A stretch of DNA of 64,000 nt from Fonticula alba ATCC 38817 (taxonomy: Eukaryota; Protista; Nucleariida). The notes beneath the pieces are model-generated. The model worked only from the letters and a program-made list of their open reading frames with translations, searched no databases and was not told the DNA's origin. Below, one piece after another: positions 33,751 through 45,002 of the stretch; positions within the stretch are counted from its first letter, which is position 1, and each line of letters begins with the position of its first letter. The stretch is from assembly GCA_000388065.2 (NCBI GenBank), contig KB932202.1. One strand, given 5' to 3'. The position numbers and the translations under genes were made by a program.

Positions 33751-36604
33751 GGATGTGCGCGTGTGCGGGTGGGGGCATTCGAAGAAGAGAGGAGGAGGAT
33801 GCAGCAAAGGAAAGCACGGTCAGTAGGGAGACCACATGCGAGGTCACAGATCGGGGCAGGGCAAATGGACACAGGGGGGGGAGGCCGGGGGCACCCAGGC
33901 GGACAACAAAAGAGCGGATCGACGCACGCGGAACAGCAGCTCGCGAGTGGCCTGGGTCAGGTTCGCGGAGCCGGTGCTATAGCGCTCCAGGCGCGAGCAC
34001 CACTTGAAGAGGTCGCGGGCCGAGAGAATGCGCGCACCGCCGGCCGCCGGGCTGCTCAAAGCACCGGAAGTGTTCAGCAGCCCATGCCGGGCCACATTGA
34101 ACACCTCCATGCCCGGGGACGGGAAGAACCCCCGGCACTGGGGGAACCGTGCCTCGATGATCTGAGCCAGGTCCTTCTGCGTCAGGGGATCCACACGGAC
34201 ATGGAGCCAGAGATTTTCCGGGATCTCAGCGGTCCCCGGCAGGGAGCCCTGAGCACCGGCATCCTCGCTGCCAAAGAGGTCATCGCCCTCACAGGGCAAG
34301 GCGCCGGCGGTGGCACCCGCCGAGGGGGCATCCTCCTCCTCCGAGCCAGGCGCCCCGCCGGTGCTGTCGGCCTCCATCTCGGAAGACAGAGACGAAGCAT
34401 CGGCGACGGTGGCCGGCGCATCGCCGCGCACACCACCGACGCCCCCGACGCTGGTCACCGTGGCAAACAGCTGGAAGTTCGGGCTAGCCACAACGCGCTC
34501 ATTGCGCGCCGGCAGGAAGAGCGTGCGCGTCTCCAGGAGCGGAACCAGCACCGACACCACGTCCATCGGGGCCAGATTGATGTCCTCGATCAAGACCCAC
34601 AGGCCCTCGGACACGGCGCGCGTCAGGACACCGGCCTGCCAGCGGAACTCCCCGGGCACATCGGTGCACACATAGGTCCCGAGCAGGGCCTTGCCATCGG
34701 TCTGGTCGCCGAGGTGGATGACGTGTGCTCTTCCGATCTGACACCACGTCCATCGGGGCCAGATTGATGTCCTCGATCAAGACCCACAGGCCCTCGGACA
34801 CGGCGCGCGTCAGGACACCGGCCTGCCAGCGGAACTCCCCGGGCACATCGGTGCACACATAGGTCCCGAGCAGGGCCTTGCCATCGGTCTGGTCGCCGAG
34901 GTGGATCTTCAGGAGCTCCGGCTGCCCGGTGGCCCGGGCCAGCTCCTCCACCAGGGAGGTCTTGCCGGCGCCAGCCGGGCCATGCAGCAGCACCGGCGCA
35001 CTCAGGGAATAGGCGAACCCCAAACGGCGGAGGTTCTGCACGGTCGTGTCGATGGGCACCAGGCCGGGCTTACGGCCGAGGGAGGACGGCGCATCGGCGC
35101 GCACCAGCCCGCTCCCCGGGGTGGAGTGGATCGAAAAGCGAGATCGGAAGAGCACACGCGCCAGCCGGGCCATGCAGCAGCACCGGCGCACTCAGGGAAT
35201 AGGCGAACCCCAAACGGCGGAGGTTCTGCACGGTCGTGTCGATGGGCACCAGGCCGGGCTTACGGCCGAGGGAGGACGGCGCATCGGCGCGCACCAGCCC
35301 GCTCCCCGGGGTGGAGTGGATCGAAAAGCGATTCAGCAGCAGGCCACTGACATCGCACACGGCCGGGCCCAGGTGCCCGGCCGTGACCACAAGATCGCTG
35401 AGATCCAGGCGTCCGGCACGGCCGCCAGGGGCCGCCGCATGCCCGGACGCCAGCAGCGACCGCGCAAACAGTCCATACGTGTAGGGGTCCAGGACGGTGC
35501 TCTCGTAGCTGGGGCGTTTCCGGCCGCACCGGCGGCGCATGATTGGCGTGTGAGAATTGGCGACGCGCACCGACACGCAAGCCGGCGGGAAAGGAAAAAA
35601 AAAAAAAAACCCAGGCGCCGACCAGGGAGGGAACGAGCAGGCAAGGAGGGAGAAAGGGGAGGGGGGGGGAGGCGGAAAGAAGGACAGTCACAGACACACC
35701 TGGTCAGCAGGTAGGAGAACTTCGAGGGGGCCGGGCCATGCTCGGCCGACTGCAGGCTCGCACGCTTGCTGGCCGCCGCGTCCAGCAGCGCCTGCCGGGT
35801 GAAGTCGCTGGCATTCAGCAGGCGGGCCGTGATCTCGGCCGCCAGGAAGGCCAACACGGCCAGGGACTCCGACTGCTCGGGCGACTCGGCCACAAGGCGC
35901 CGGGCGCTGGTGTCCAGCAGCGGCACGAAGCCGGACCAGTCCCAGCGGGACCCGAAGAAATCCCCGGCATGGCTGAGCAGGACGAAGCAGGCGCGCGCGA
36001 GGCGCACGAAGGCGCGCAGCTGGTTCGACGGCATGGCCACCGGCTGCTCGCTGGTCGGCAGGCGCCGGAGGATCCCCTCGAAGAGGGCCGGGGCGCCGGC
36101 GAAGAAGCCGAGGATCGGCCTGTTTGGTGCGACACAGGAGGAAGGGAGTCAGAAAGAGCGAGGAGAGCCAGGGAGAAGGCACAAAAGGGCGGGGGGGGGG
36201 GGGGCGCGCGCGCGCGCGCGCGTACTGGAGGAGGTGCTCCGAGGAGGGCAGCACGCAGGCCAGCGCGATGGCCACCTGCTCATAGATGTCCAGCAGCTTG
36301 TCCGTGTCAACCAGGCCCGGAGGCAGGGCAGCCAGGGCAGCGGCATGCCAGGGATGCTGGGCAGGGACAAAGTCCCGCGCGGTGGCGCGGCTCACCAGCT
36401 CCGGCAGAAGCGGCCGGAAGTGGCTGGCCACCAGGGGGGTCAGCGGGCCGAGCACCAGCAGCGAGGTCAGCCCGGCGAGGGCATCCTCCACGGAGCTGGC
36501 AGGCGCGAAGCCCGGCTCCAGGCCGGAGGCATCACCACCGCACAGCCGGGCGAAGTCCTCGGTGAACCCCTGCGCCGGGGCATCCAGCGCGAAGGAGAAG
36601 GAAG
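15274..36604 (-). CDS. MDN1: Midasin (MDN1/Rea1) AAA+ ATPase with MIDAS domain; first exon not located (probably in or beyond gap 36660-36914)
   Basis: Six Walker A motifs (GPAGAGKT, GETGTGKT, GPTSAGKT, GDTGCGKT, GPPGVGKT, GPTASGKT), long linker, D/E-rich tail, KLRGDYRTGKRLNMRRIIPYIASQFRQDKIWLRR, and MIDAS DDSQS. Exons 36604-36226, 36119-35700, 35508-33928 and 33694-15274 are in phase once the adapter artifacts are removed. Confidence 0.97.
32575..32777. other. Assembly artifact: Illumina adapter CACGACGCTCTTCCGATCT (32575-32593) plus a 184-bp duplicate of 32392-32575
   Basis: Exact 19-nt match to the 3' end of the TruSeq read-1 primer/adapter, followed by a direct repeat of the preceding sequence. 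Confidence 0.95.
34720..34906. other. Assembly artifact: Illumina adapter GACGTGTGCTCTTCCGATCT (34720-34739) plus a 167-bp duplicate of 34553-34719
   Basis: Exact 20-nt match to the 3' end of the TruSeq read-2 primer, between two direct repeats. Confidence 0.95.
34968..35158. other. Assembly artifact: 173-bp duplicate (34968-35140 = 35158-35330) followed by adapter AGATCGGAAGAGCACACG (35141-35158)
   Basis: Classic TruSeq read-through sequence between two direct repeats. Confidence 0.95.
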
Positions 36605-36659
36605 CTGCATTCGGGGATCAAGATAGTCGGGAGAGTGAGTGGCGGGCGGGGGAGGGGGG

Positions 36660-36914
36660 NNNNNNNNNNNNNNNNNNNNNNNNNNNNNNNNNNNNNNNNN
36701 NNNNNNNNNNNNNNNNNNNNNNNNNNNNNNNNNNNNNNNNNNNNNNNNNNNNNNNNNNNNNNNNNNNNNNNNNNNNNNNNNNNNNNNNNNNNNNNNNNNN
36801 NNNNNNNNNNNNNNNNNNNNNNNNNNNNNNNNNNNNNNNNNNNNNNNNNNNNNNNNNNNNNNNNNNNNNNNNNNNNNNNNNNNNNNNNNNNNNNNNNNNN
36901 NNNNNNNNNNNNNN
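36660..36914. other. Assembly gap (N)
   Basis: N run flanked by G-rich sequence. Further N gaps occur at 41607-41727, 51793-51945, 54573-54638 and 62980-62989. Confidence 0.95.
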
Positions 36915-37273
36915 GGGGAAGGGAAGGGGAAGGGAAAGGGGGGAAACGAAAGGTTCGCGTCCCGTCGGATGGGGATGATCTGCGTCTAGGGAAGGGGAAT
37001 AAACATAGGGCGAGCTGCGGGGGGAGGGAGGGGCAAAGGTGCAAGGGGAGAAGGGGAAGTGAGCCGCGCGCTCTCAGTAGGTGTTCTGATCGGGCCGGCC
37101 GGCATGGCCTCCCGGGGTGACGCAACGGATCCTGGAAAAGCCCGGCCCCGCACGCCACGAGGGACGCCCAGCCGCAGGATTGACGGCGTTGCCCAGGTGG
37201 GGCCGCAGGAGGGCAGGGAGATCCTGCGCCCCATGCTCTGTGTCCCCGCCCCTGGATGGGCCCGAGGAGAGCA

Positions 37274-37305
<32 letters not shown>

Positions 37306-37386
37306 CGGGGGGCGGTAGGTAGAACACACATGGCACATCTCCGCCCCCCGCGCTGCCCCCGCCCCCAGCACACCAGTGCGCGTTCG

Positions 37387-37436
<50 letters not shown>

Positions 37437-37968
37437 CCCATGTGTCAGGCTGCGCGAGACGCGCCCAGTCCGTGCGGGGACCCACCCATGGCCCACGCTG
37501 CACGCCCTTGCCGGGCACATGCGCGCCTCCGCCAGGACACCCAAAAGAGCCCGGTTTCTCCGCCACCCAGGGCGGGGGGGGGGGTCACACTCGCACGCCC
37601 CTCCATGCCGCCGCCTGCCCATGGTTGCGGTACCTTCCTTGACCCGGCCTTTACCCTTGCTCGCTCGGTTTTTTTGACCGCATTTCTCGCCTCCACATGG
37701 TTGCCCCCCTCGCCCGCCCGCCCGCCCGCGTGTACATGCCAGCACTCCCCAATGCACAGCAAGATGGAAGGCGAGTCCAGCAGTGAGCCGGGGTCCCGAA
37801 GCTCCTCCGCCCCCCCCCCCCCCCATTTGGCCCTCGCTCCAGAATAATGGCGCGCATGCGACCTCAGGGTGGAATCCTAGAACCCCTCCAGAACAGCAGT
37901 CCCCCAAGGTCCCACGCCCAGGGGCGGTCCCCTACATGATCCCCAAACAGCATTCTATAAGGACGTGA

Positions 37969-40900
37969 TCAGAGGAGGCTGGTGGTGCATGCCAACGCAA
38001 TGGCCACCACCGGTGCGGCCACAAGGAAGGCCAAGCCGAAATTCCGCTCCTCGGTCGAATGGGCCGGGATGCCGCGCGAGATGGCCACCGCCGCATTCAG
38101 CAGGATCTCGTCGGCGGTCAAAGGAGCATGCGGGGGGGCCCGCGCAGTGGCCGCGGCCGCGGCAGCGGCGGTGGCCATCGCCGTCGCGGCACACGACTCC
38201 GCCATGCCTCCCGGCAGCGGGGGACAGGGGCCCGCCGGCCCCGGGCGGTGGGAGGGCATCCGGCCGCAGCCGGGCCCCGGGCCAGACCCGGACCCGGACC
38301 CGGGGCCGGCCTCGCCCGGCTGCCGGGGCTGCTCCTTGCCGGGCTCGGCCCCGGGGGCCGCGGGCTCGGCGGCCGCCAGTGAGAAGGGACTGTCAAGACG
38401 CCCCTCGATGGCGGGCTGGTGGTTGAAGATGACCGGCACCCCGGGGCCGCCGGCAACCGAGCCGATAGCCACTCCGGCACTGGCGAGATCCGCCGGTGAC
38501 GCCTGGCAAATGACCACCCGGCCCATGGGCTCGCCCGGGGCGCCATTGACCAGACGCAATTCGCAGCGTGCGTGGTCCACCAGGACCTGAGACACCCCGG
38601 ACCCGGCACGCACCAGGACCCCGGCCCGGAAGCGCCGCGGGCAGAAGGCCACATCCAGGACGCCCTGCCGGCCGCCGCACTCGGCGGCGAAGAGGGCACT
38701 GCCGGACTTCGAGCCTCCGGCCAGATCCCGGTCAGGCCGATCGGCCGGCCCCCAATCGGAGTGCGCCCGGAGCCGGCCGTCTCCGCCGTCGGCCGGGGCC
38801 ACTGGCGCCCCGAACCGCGCCAAGTGCTCGATCACCCGGGTCACAGCGCGCGGCGCATCCTGCGCCACACGCTGGGCAATGGCCCGCGGCAACTTGCCAC
38901 CGGGGTCAATTTCCACCATGTACGTGATCCCCAGTCCAAGCAGGGCCCCGGACTCCGGGTGCCGGAATTCATCCAGCCGCCAGGCCGCCAGGGCCATCCG
39001 TCCACGGACAAGCCCCGGCCGCGGCGGCGCCCGGGCCGGATCGTCCACCGACGTGCCCACATGCAGCAGTGTCCGATCCAGGCGCGATCCCGCCGGGCCA
39101 GCACCGAAGGGAGACTCCCCGACCGTGGAGGGGGAGGTCTGCTCGCCAGCCGGATGGTCGATGCACCACCGCCGCGAGGCCAGGACAAACTCCCGCCCAC
39201 TGACCAGCATCATGGATTGGCTGGAGCCCGAAGCCAAAACGGTGCGCTGGTCAAGCTCCGGCGGGAGGATGGCCCCCGAAGCAAAGAGCCCGGCATCCCA
39301 GACCCCGCGCTCGGTGGAATGCTCGGCGGCTGTCAGGAACTGGGCGGCCCCCGGCGGGGCGGCCCCGAGAGCCAGGCGACCGGCACGCGCCAATGCCTCG
39401 GACCAGGGCCCGCCGGTCAATTGGTCGGCCTGAGAGGCGCCAGGCATTCGGCTGGGGGTTTCCAGCAAAATACTCGACCGGAAGAGCCCCAGCGAGGCCG
39501 GGCCCACCGGGCCCGTGAATCGGCTCACCCGCAGGCCCTGGAAGGTGTCCACCAGTGCCCAGGACCCGGTCTGAGCACCGGGCCCATCGGGCTCCGGCTC
39601 GCGCAGCAAGTCCAAAAACCGCTGGCAGGCATCCGCACAGAGCCGCGCATGGGGATGGGCGCCGACCGGCACGTCATGGACCGGGTCAAACACCGGGGCC
39701 GGAGCCCGGGCCGGGGCACCGGCGTCATGGGCTCCGGCCTGGGGGGGCTTGACCTTGGCCTCGGTCTCGGCGGCGGCCTTCGCCTTGGCCGCCGCTCGGG
39801 CTTCGGCCCTGACAGCCGCCTCGACCGATGGCCGGAGCAGTGGCCAAAAGCAGGACCCCCGAGCGGCCAGATGGATGGCCTCCGGCCCGGCGCCCAGACG
39901 CGATGGAACTGGCGGCTCGGCGCCCGGGCCCTGGCCGAGGATGGCCACTTGCCGGTCATTGAAGAAGACCACCGGATGTGGGGGCCGAGCATGGGGATTG
40001 GCCGGCCGAGCGGCCGGCTCCACGGTCAGGATCCACTCCGGTCGGGACGTGCCGGCAGGCAGCCCCTGCAGCGGAGGCGTGGTCACCGGCCAGGCAAGCG
40101 GCAAGAGCAGCACCAAGGCCCCGCCCTGGTCCAGGCGCACCCTCGGCCGGCCCTGGGGCCCGGCGTCGGCCGGCCAGCGAACGCTCGAACGCAGGGTGAT
40201 GCGCACGCCATGCTGGTAGCGTCGCCGAGGACACCACACCCGGAGCTCGCCGGCCGAATACCCATCCAGCAGGGACCACCGGCCAGACAGACGACCAGTG
40301 GGCTCGTCAAAGTCGATGGCCGAACGGCCAAGGACCGGCTGCGAGGAGATCAGCCCCCGGATGCCGACCACAGCCGCCGGGGCTCCCGGCCCGGCGGCGC
40401 AATACCAAGCCAGCCCGGAGGCCGCCACCGGCATGCTGGCCACCGCCAGGGAGGCCACCCGATCGGGCAGGTAGCCGCCCAGGGTGCTGATGTCCATCAG
40501 CAGGGTAATCCGCGCCCCGGCCAAGTGCGTCACCGGGCACACGCCACCCGAGGTGCCATCGGCCGGGGGCAGGGGGCCAGGGGTGTCACCATCGGCGCGC
40601 TCCCCGTCGGGCTGCTGGAAGACCGGCTCAAAGTGCCAGCCAAACACCCGAGCCGTGGCGCGGACATTCTTCGATGCGGAATCGGCCGCGGTTGTGTTCA
40701 GCGACGCGGCCGACGACAGGAGCGACGCTCCCTGGAAGCGCGAGCCAATCGACAGGATGAAGTCCCGGACGGCCACCAACCGGATGGGGGCCGTGCTGGC
40801 GTACACCAGCAACACCGGCAGGGTGCCATTTGTTTCACACACCGGCCGCGGGGCATTCAACAGGGACAGGACATTGCCGGAGCCAAAGAGCCCGTCCCCT

Positions 40901-41583
40901 GTGACACACAAGGCGAGAGGGGGGGGAGGTGGATTGGGCATGGGGGTCAGAAAGGCGGATCGGGGAGGGCCGGGGGGAGAGAGCGCGCGCGGAACGAGGC
41001 GACACAGGCAGCCCCAATTCCTGAGCCCCATCGGAAAAGGCGGTCCCGGGCAGGCGGAGGCCGCCTGCTGGCAGGGGCACGCACACATCTCCCGGCATTC
41101 CGGCGTGATGGAGGAAGCCCAGAGGGCCATCGGCGACACGTCCCCCGGGTCAAAGTCAAAGCCAGCGGTGGATGTGATCTCGCAGAAGCCCCGGATGACA
41201 CCCAGTGGCGAGGTCTGGCCATTGAGCCCGGTGGTCATGGACACCTGGACCCAGGGGCGCCCGGAGGAGCGCTTCTTTCGCCGGCGCTGGTCCTGGTCGA
41301 CGGTCACCCAGTCGCTGGACGGCCGGCTGAGGTGGGTCTGGAGGATGTTCACCGCATCGACGCCGGTGTTGACCACCTCCGAGAAGGGAGCCCCCAGGAG
41401 ATCGATCGAGGAGGAGCTGGACGAGGCAGACGAGGCATGCGGGGTTGCCGGCGATATGAGATGCCCATCGCCCAGGCTGGAGTCGCTATCCGAGCTGCAG
41501 GACGGCGCTGCCGGGTCCGGCGAGAGGGCAAACCCGGCGCTGCGGCCGCCAGCTGGCCAGTCGGACACCGCCGCGGATGACAT
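37969..41583 (-). CDS. Tandem START-domain (lipid transfer) protein with a C-terminal hydrophobic helix
   Basis: START1 (about 41315-40400): DWVTVD..VIRGFCEI..DGLFGSGNVL..VRDFIL..ITLLMDISTLGGYLP. START2 (about 39565-38810): WALVD..LFRSSI..VWDAGLFASG..SGREFVL..GLVRG..ITYMVEIDPGGKLP. Tail NFGLAFLVAAPVVAIALACTTSLL*. One CT-rich intron near 41090-40905. The start (41583) lies just below a gap, so the 5' end is uncertain. Confidence 0.75.
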   Translation of the reverse strand: MSSAAVSDWPAGGRSAGFALSPDPAAPSCSSDSDSSLGDGHLISPATPHASSASSSSSSIDLLGAPFSEVVNTGVDAVNILQTHLSRPSSDWVTVDQDQRRRKKRSSGRPWVQVSMTTGLNGQTSPLGVIRGFCEITSTAGFDFDPGDVSPMALWASSITPECREMCACPCQQAASACPGPPFPMGLRNWGCLCRLVPRALSPPGPPRSAFLTPMPNPPPPPLALCVTGDGLFGSGNVLSLLNAPRPVCETNGTLPVLLVYASTAPIRLVAVRDFILSIGSRFQGASLLSSAASLNTTAADSASKNVRATARVFGWHFEPVFQQPDGERADGDTPGPLPPADGTSGGVCPVTHLAGARITLLMDISTLGGYLPDRVASLAVASMPVAASGLAWYCAAGPGAPAAVVGIRGLISSQPVLGRSAIDFDEPTGRLSGRWSLLDGYSAGELRVWCPRRRYQHGVRITLRSSVRWPADAGPQGRPRVRLDQGGALVLLLPLAWPVTTPPLQGLPAGTSRPEWILTVEPAARPANPHARPPHPVVFFNDRQVAILGQGPGAEPPVPSRLGAGPEAIHLAARGSCFWPLLRPSVEAAVRAEARAAAKAKAAAETEAKVKPPQAGAHDAGAPARAPAPVFDPVHDVPVGAHPHARLCADACQRFLDLLREPEPDGPGAQTGSWALVDTFQGLRVSRFTGPVGPASLGLFRSSILLETPSRMPGASQADQLTGGPWSEALARAGRLALGAAPPGAAQFLTAAEHSTERGVWDAGLFASGAILPPELDQRTVLASGSSQSMMLVSGREFVLASRRWCIDHPAGEQTSPSTVGESPFGAGPAGSRLDRTLLHVGTSVDDPARAPPRPGLVRGRMALAAWRLDEFRHPESGALLGLGITYMVEIDPGGKLPRAIAQRVAQDAPRAVTRVIEHLARFGAPVAPADGGDGRLRAHSDWGPADRPDRDLAGGSKSGSALFAAECGGRQGVLDVAFCPRRFRAGVLVRAGSGVSQVLVDHARCELRLVNGAPGEPMGRVVICQASPADLASAGVAIGSVAGGPGVPVIFNHQPAIEGRLDSPFSLAAAEPAAPGAEPGKEQPRQPGEAGPGSGSGSGPGPGCGRMPSHRPGPAGPCPPLPGGMAESCAATAMATAAAAAAATARAPPHAPLTADEILLNAAVAISRGIPAHSTEERNFGLAFLVAAPVVAIALACTTSLL

Positions 41584-42961
41584 TCGATGTATGATGCGCC
41601 AGGGGGNNNNNNNNNNNNNNNNNNNNNNNNNNNNNNNNNNNNNNNNNNNNNNNNNNNNNNNNNNNNNNNNNNNNNNNNNNNNNNNNNNNNNNNNNNNNNN
41701 NNNNNNNNNNNNNNNNNNNNNNNNNNNAATAGAGGGGGGAAACGCAGGGAGGAAGGGGGCTTGATTGCGCCCTGGGTGAGGGAGGGCCGGACTTTGGCGG
41801 CGGCCGAAAAATGGCCACGAAGGCGTTGGCCGATGGCGGCCCGGAAACAGGGGGCATCTAATGGCCCGGGGGATGTCGGCTGTCGGCGTCCACTGCCCTT
41901 GGCCGTGGTCAAGCATGTGCGGGATCCAGCCAGGCAGGGGTCCCTGCCCGCCCTGGTGACCGGCGAACGAACAAACGCCCTCGATCGATCGTGTCGCCCC
42001 CCCCCCCCCCCCTGGCCCGTACCCCGGGAAAAAATGGCCGGCGCCCTCTTTGCAAGGCTTTCGGTAAGATTGGCTCCCGGGGCAGGCAAGGCTGGGGATA
42101 AAAAGCTGTCAAAAAGCGCTCATTTTTAAATGAAATGTGTTCTTCCGAGGCCCCTTTCCTTGCTGTCCCCCTGCGGCCCCTTGTGTGCAATCGACGTCGT
42201 GCGGCGCACGGCGCCTGTGTGTGTGTGTGTGTGGGGGGGGGGGGGGGTGGCTGGCTCGGAGGGCACCGAAAGCGGCAGAGGCGCGGGTCCGGGGGGGGGG
42301 GGAAAGAGGCAGGCATCAGCACGGCCATCGCCACGAACGACACCAAAATGCTCCCACAGTCTCGGACTGACTTCTTTCACAACACGGCGACGGGGATTCA
42401 TTTTGAACTCTCACGAGCCCGCCGGCCTCCAACGTGATGGGCGTCCATCGGGGCACGTCCACGTGCACAGCCACACCATCCCGGTGTCACGCCGGGGGAT
42501 GTTTTCATTTCGCTCGGCACATTCGGCCTGGCCATCCTTCCTTCCCCACTGGCCCTCGCCCCTGTGTACGCGCAGTGGTGGGCCCCCAGCCCCCGTGCCT
42601 GGGACTTGTCGCAGGGATTGCCCTCCAGAAGGGGGAGGGGGGGGGGGGGGCGGGGGAGCGGCAGCCATTTACATCGGGCATGTTGGCTTGCGGGGCATGC
42701 GGGGGGTTGGCCTGGCGCGGTGTGACGCTCCGGTGATGGCCTCGCACGGAGCAACACCCCCCCCCCCCCCCGGGCCGGGCCGGGCCGGGCCGGGCCGGGC
42801 TTCCCCTGCCGGACGTGCGGGCGGAGGGCGGCCCGGCTTGTGCCGAAGAGGTGCCAGCCCCCCTGCCCAGGGGACAGAGCCACCGCGTTACCCCTCTCCG
42901 GAACCTGCCACGTTCCCTCCCCTTCTTCCCCTCCTCCCCCTCTCTTTCTCGCTCCCTCACC

Positions 42962-44199
42962 ATGGTATTTCCTTACTCCTTGTTCCCCCTCTCTGGCCCT
43001 CCCCTCTCTCTCCCCCCCCACTCGCCTCGCTTCCTTGTCTTCCTTTTTTTTTCCTCCGCCCCCTTCTCTCCCCTCTTCCCTCGCCCTCCGCTCGCCTCCC
43101 TGTTCCTTTTTCCTGTCACGCCTGCTCGCCCTCGAACTCACCACATGCCCCCGGCCGGCGCCTTCCCGCCCTGCCCGCGTGCCTGTGTGTCGGTATGTGC
43201 ATACTCAACCCCCGGTAGTATGTCCTCCTGATCGGCGACCTGCACATCCCTCACCGCAGCCTCGACCTGCCGGCTCGCTTTAAGAGCCTCCTGGTGCGTG
43301 GCCCACACACATGCGCACACACGCACACACGTACCGGCGTATAGGTGCATGGGTGTATAGGTGTACCGATGCACACGCACACATACATGCGGGTGTTCCT
43401 CCTTTTACATCGGCCGGCCTGGTGGATTCTAATGTCTCGTCCCCCCCCCCCCCGCCCCTTTCCTCCTCCTTTTGTACTTCCCCTTCACCATCACCACATT
43501 CTCAGCTCCCCGGCAAGATCGACATGGTCCTGTGCACCGGCAACCTGAACACTCGCGAGAGTCTGGAGTACCTGCGTACCATCGCCAACGATGTGCACGT
43601 TGTGCGCGGTGATTTCGATGATCCTGTGCGTCGGCTCTCTGCAATGTTTGCTTCTCTCCTGCCCCCCCCCATCAAGCACTCTGACCATCTGCATCACAGA
43701 CTCTCTCCCTGCCCGAGAGCAAGGTCATCCGTGTGGGTAAGTACAAGTTTGGCCTCTGCCACGGCCACCAGGTACGCCAAGCGGCCCACACCCACGCTTC
43801 CCCATCCCGGCGCCGGGTCTGTGCCTCTTCGTTCATCGCTCTCATCAACTCACCACTCCGCTCCCCCGCCTCCGCTCCCCCATCTCCGCTCCCCCTCACT
43901 CCCTTCCGACGCAGGTTATCCCCTGGGGCGATGCCAACGCTCTGGCGGCCCTGCAGCGCGAGCTCGACGTCGATGTTTTGGTGACCGGTCACACGCACGC
44001 CCTCTCCGTCGAGAAGACCGTCGACGGGAAGCTCCTGCTGAACCCCGGCACCGCCACCGGCGCTTTCTCCCCCTGCACCCTGAACAACCTGACCCCCTCG
44101 TTCATTCTTCTGAATGTCGAGGATGAGTCGATCGCCCTCTTCTCCTACACCCTGGGCGACGATGGTGTCCCCGTCATTGATCGCCAGAGCTTCCCCTAA
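42962..44199 (+). CDS. VPS29: Retromer subunit VPS29 (5 exons; first exon inferred to be ATG only)
   Basis: M|[25 protein letters not shown] (exon from 43219)|[24 protein letters not shown]|..FGLCHGHQ|[33 protein letters not shown], stop TAA at 44197-44199. Confidence 0.95.
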
Positions 44200-44416
44200 A
44201 GGGAATCGACGGTCTTCTTCTCTGTCTTCCCCCCCTCTCTTTCCCTCCGTTCTTATCCCCTGTAGGCTGTGCCTCCGGGTCCGCCACCCTGTGCATGTCG
44301 CGCGGTGTTCGCTAGTCCTGTGCATGTACATGGCGTCCCCCCCCCCCCCTGCCCTTCTGCTATCCTCTTTCGCAGCATAGTCTTCACCCCTCTTCCCTGC
44401 AAAAAATACAAATCCC

Positions 44417-44466
<50 letters not shown>

Positions 44467-45002
44467 CTTCGCGCCCACACCGCCCTATTCTATTTATACA
44501 TGGCCATGTATGCACTTTCCCCCCGCCCGCTTGCAGCCCGATCATCGCCCCTTTCCCCCGTCCAGCCGGGCTCCCGGGCGACCGCAAGCCGGCCAGAGAC
44601 AGCCGGGGGCGCTCTCGGCAAGGATGGCAGCTTCTTGCACCCCGGAAAAACGGCATTCTCGCCTCGATGATCGCGCCTCCATTGGCACCTCATGCGCCAA
44701 CGGTTGCATCCGCAGGTGCCAGGGCCACACTGCCCGGGGGGGGGGGGGGGCCAGTTCCGCCCGAGACCCAGCCCCGCCGCACCGGCCCATTTCCGATCAC
44801 TCGCCACCTGCCTACGGGCGCTTAAGCGCCCCTCCTCTCTCGTGTGAGATCCTTCTCCCCTCCCTCTCCTCTCCCCTCGCTCCCTTTCCCACCCCTTGCC
44901 CCTGCATCCCCCCTGCTCCATTTCCCGCCCCCTTCCCTATCCCCATCTCTCTCTCTCCCTCTCTCTGTCTCGCACCACCCCCTGCCCTCGCAGTCGAGAA
45001 CA

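Noticed and set aside
36204-36222. (CG)n tracts (also about 12461-12477) with Z-DNA potential
   Set aside because: Short, and expected in a GC-rich, microsatellite-rich genome; no specific evidence of function.
38572-41580. 1,002-aa + strand ORF
   Set aside because: Antisense shadow of the START gene, with no recognisable motifs.
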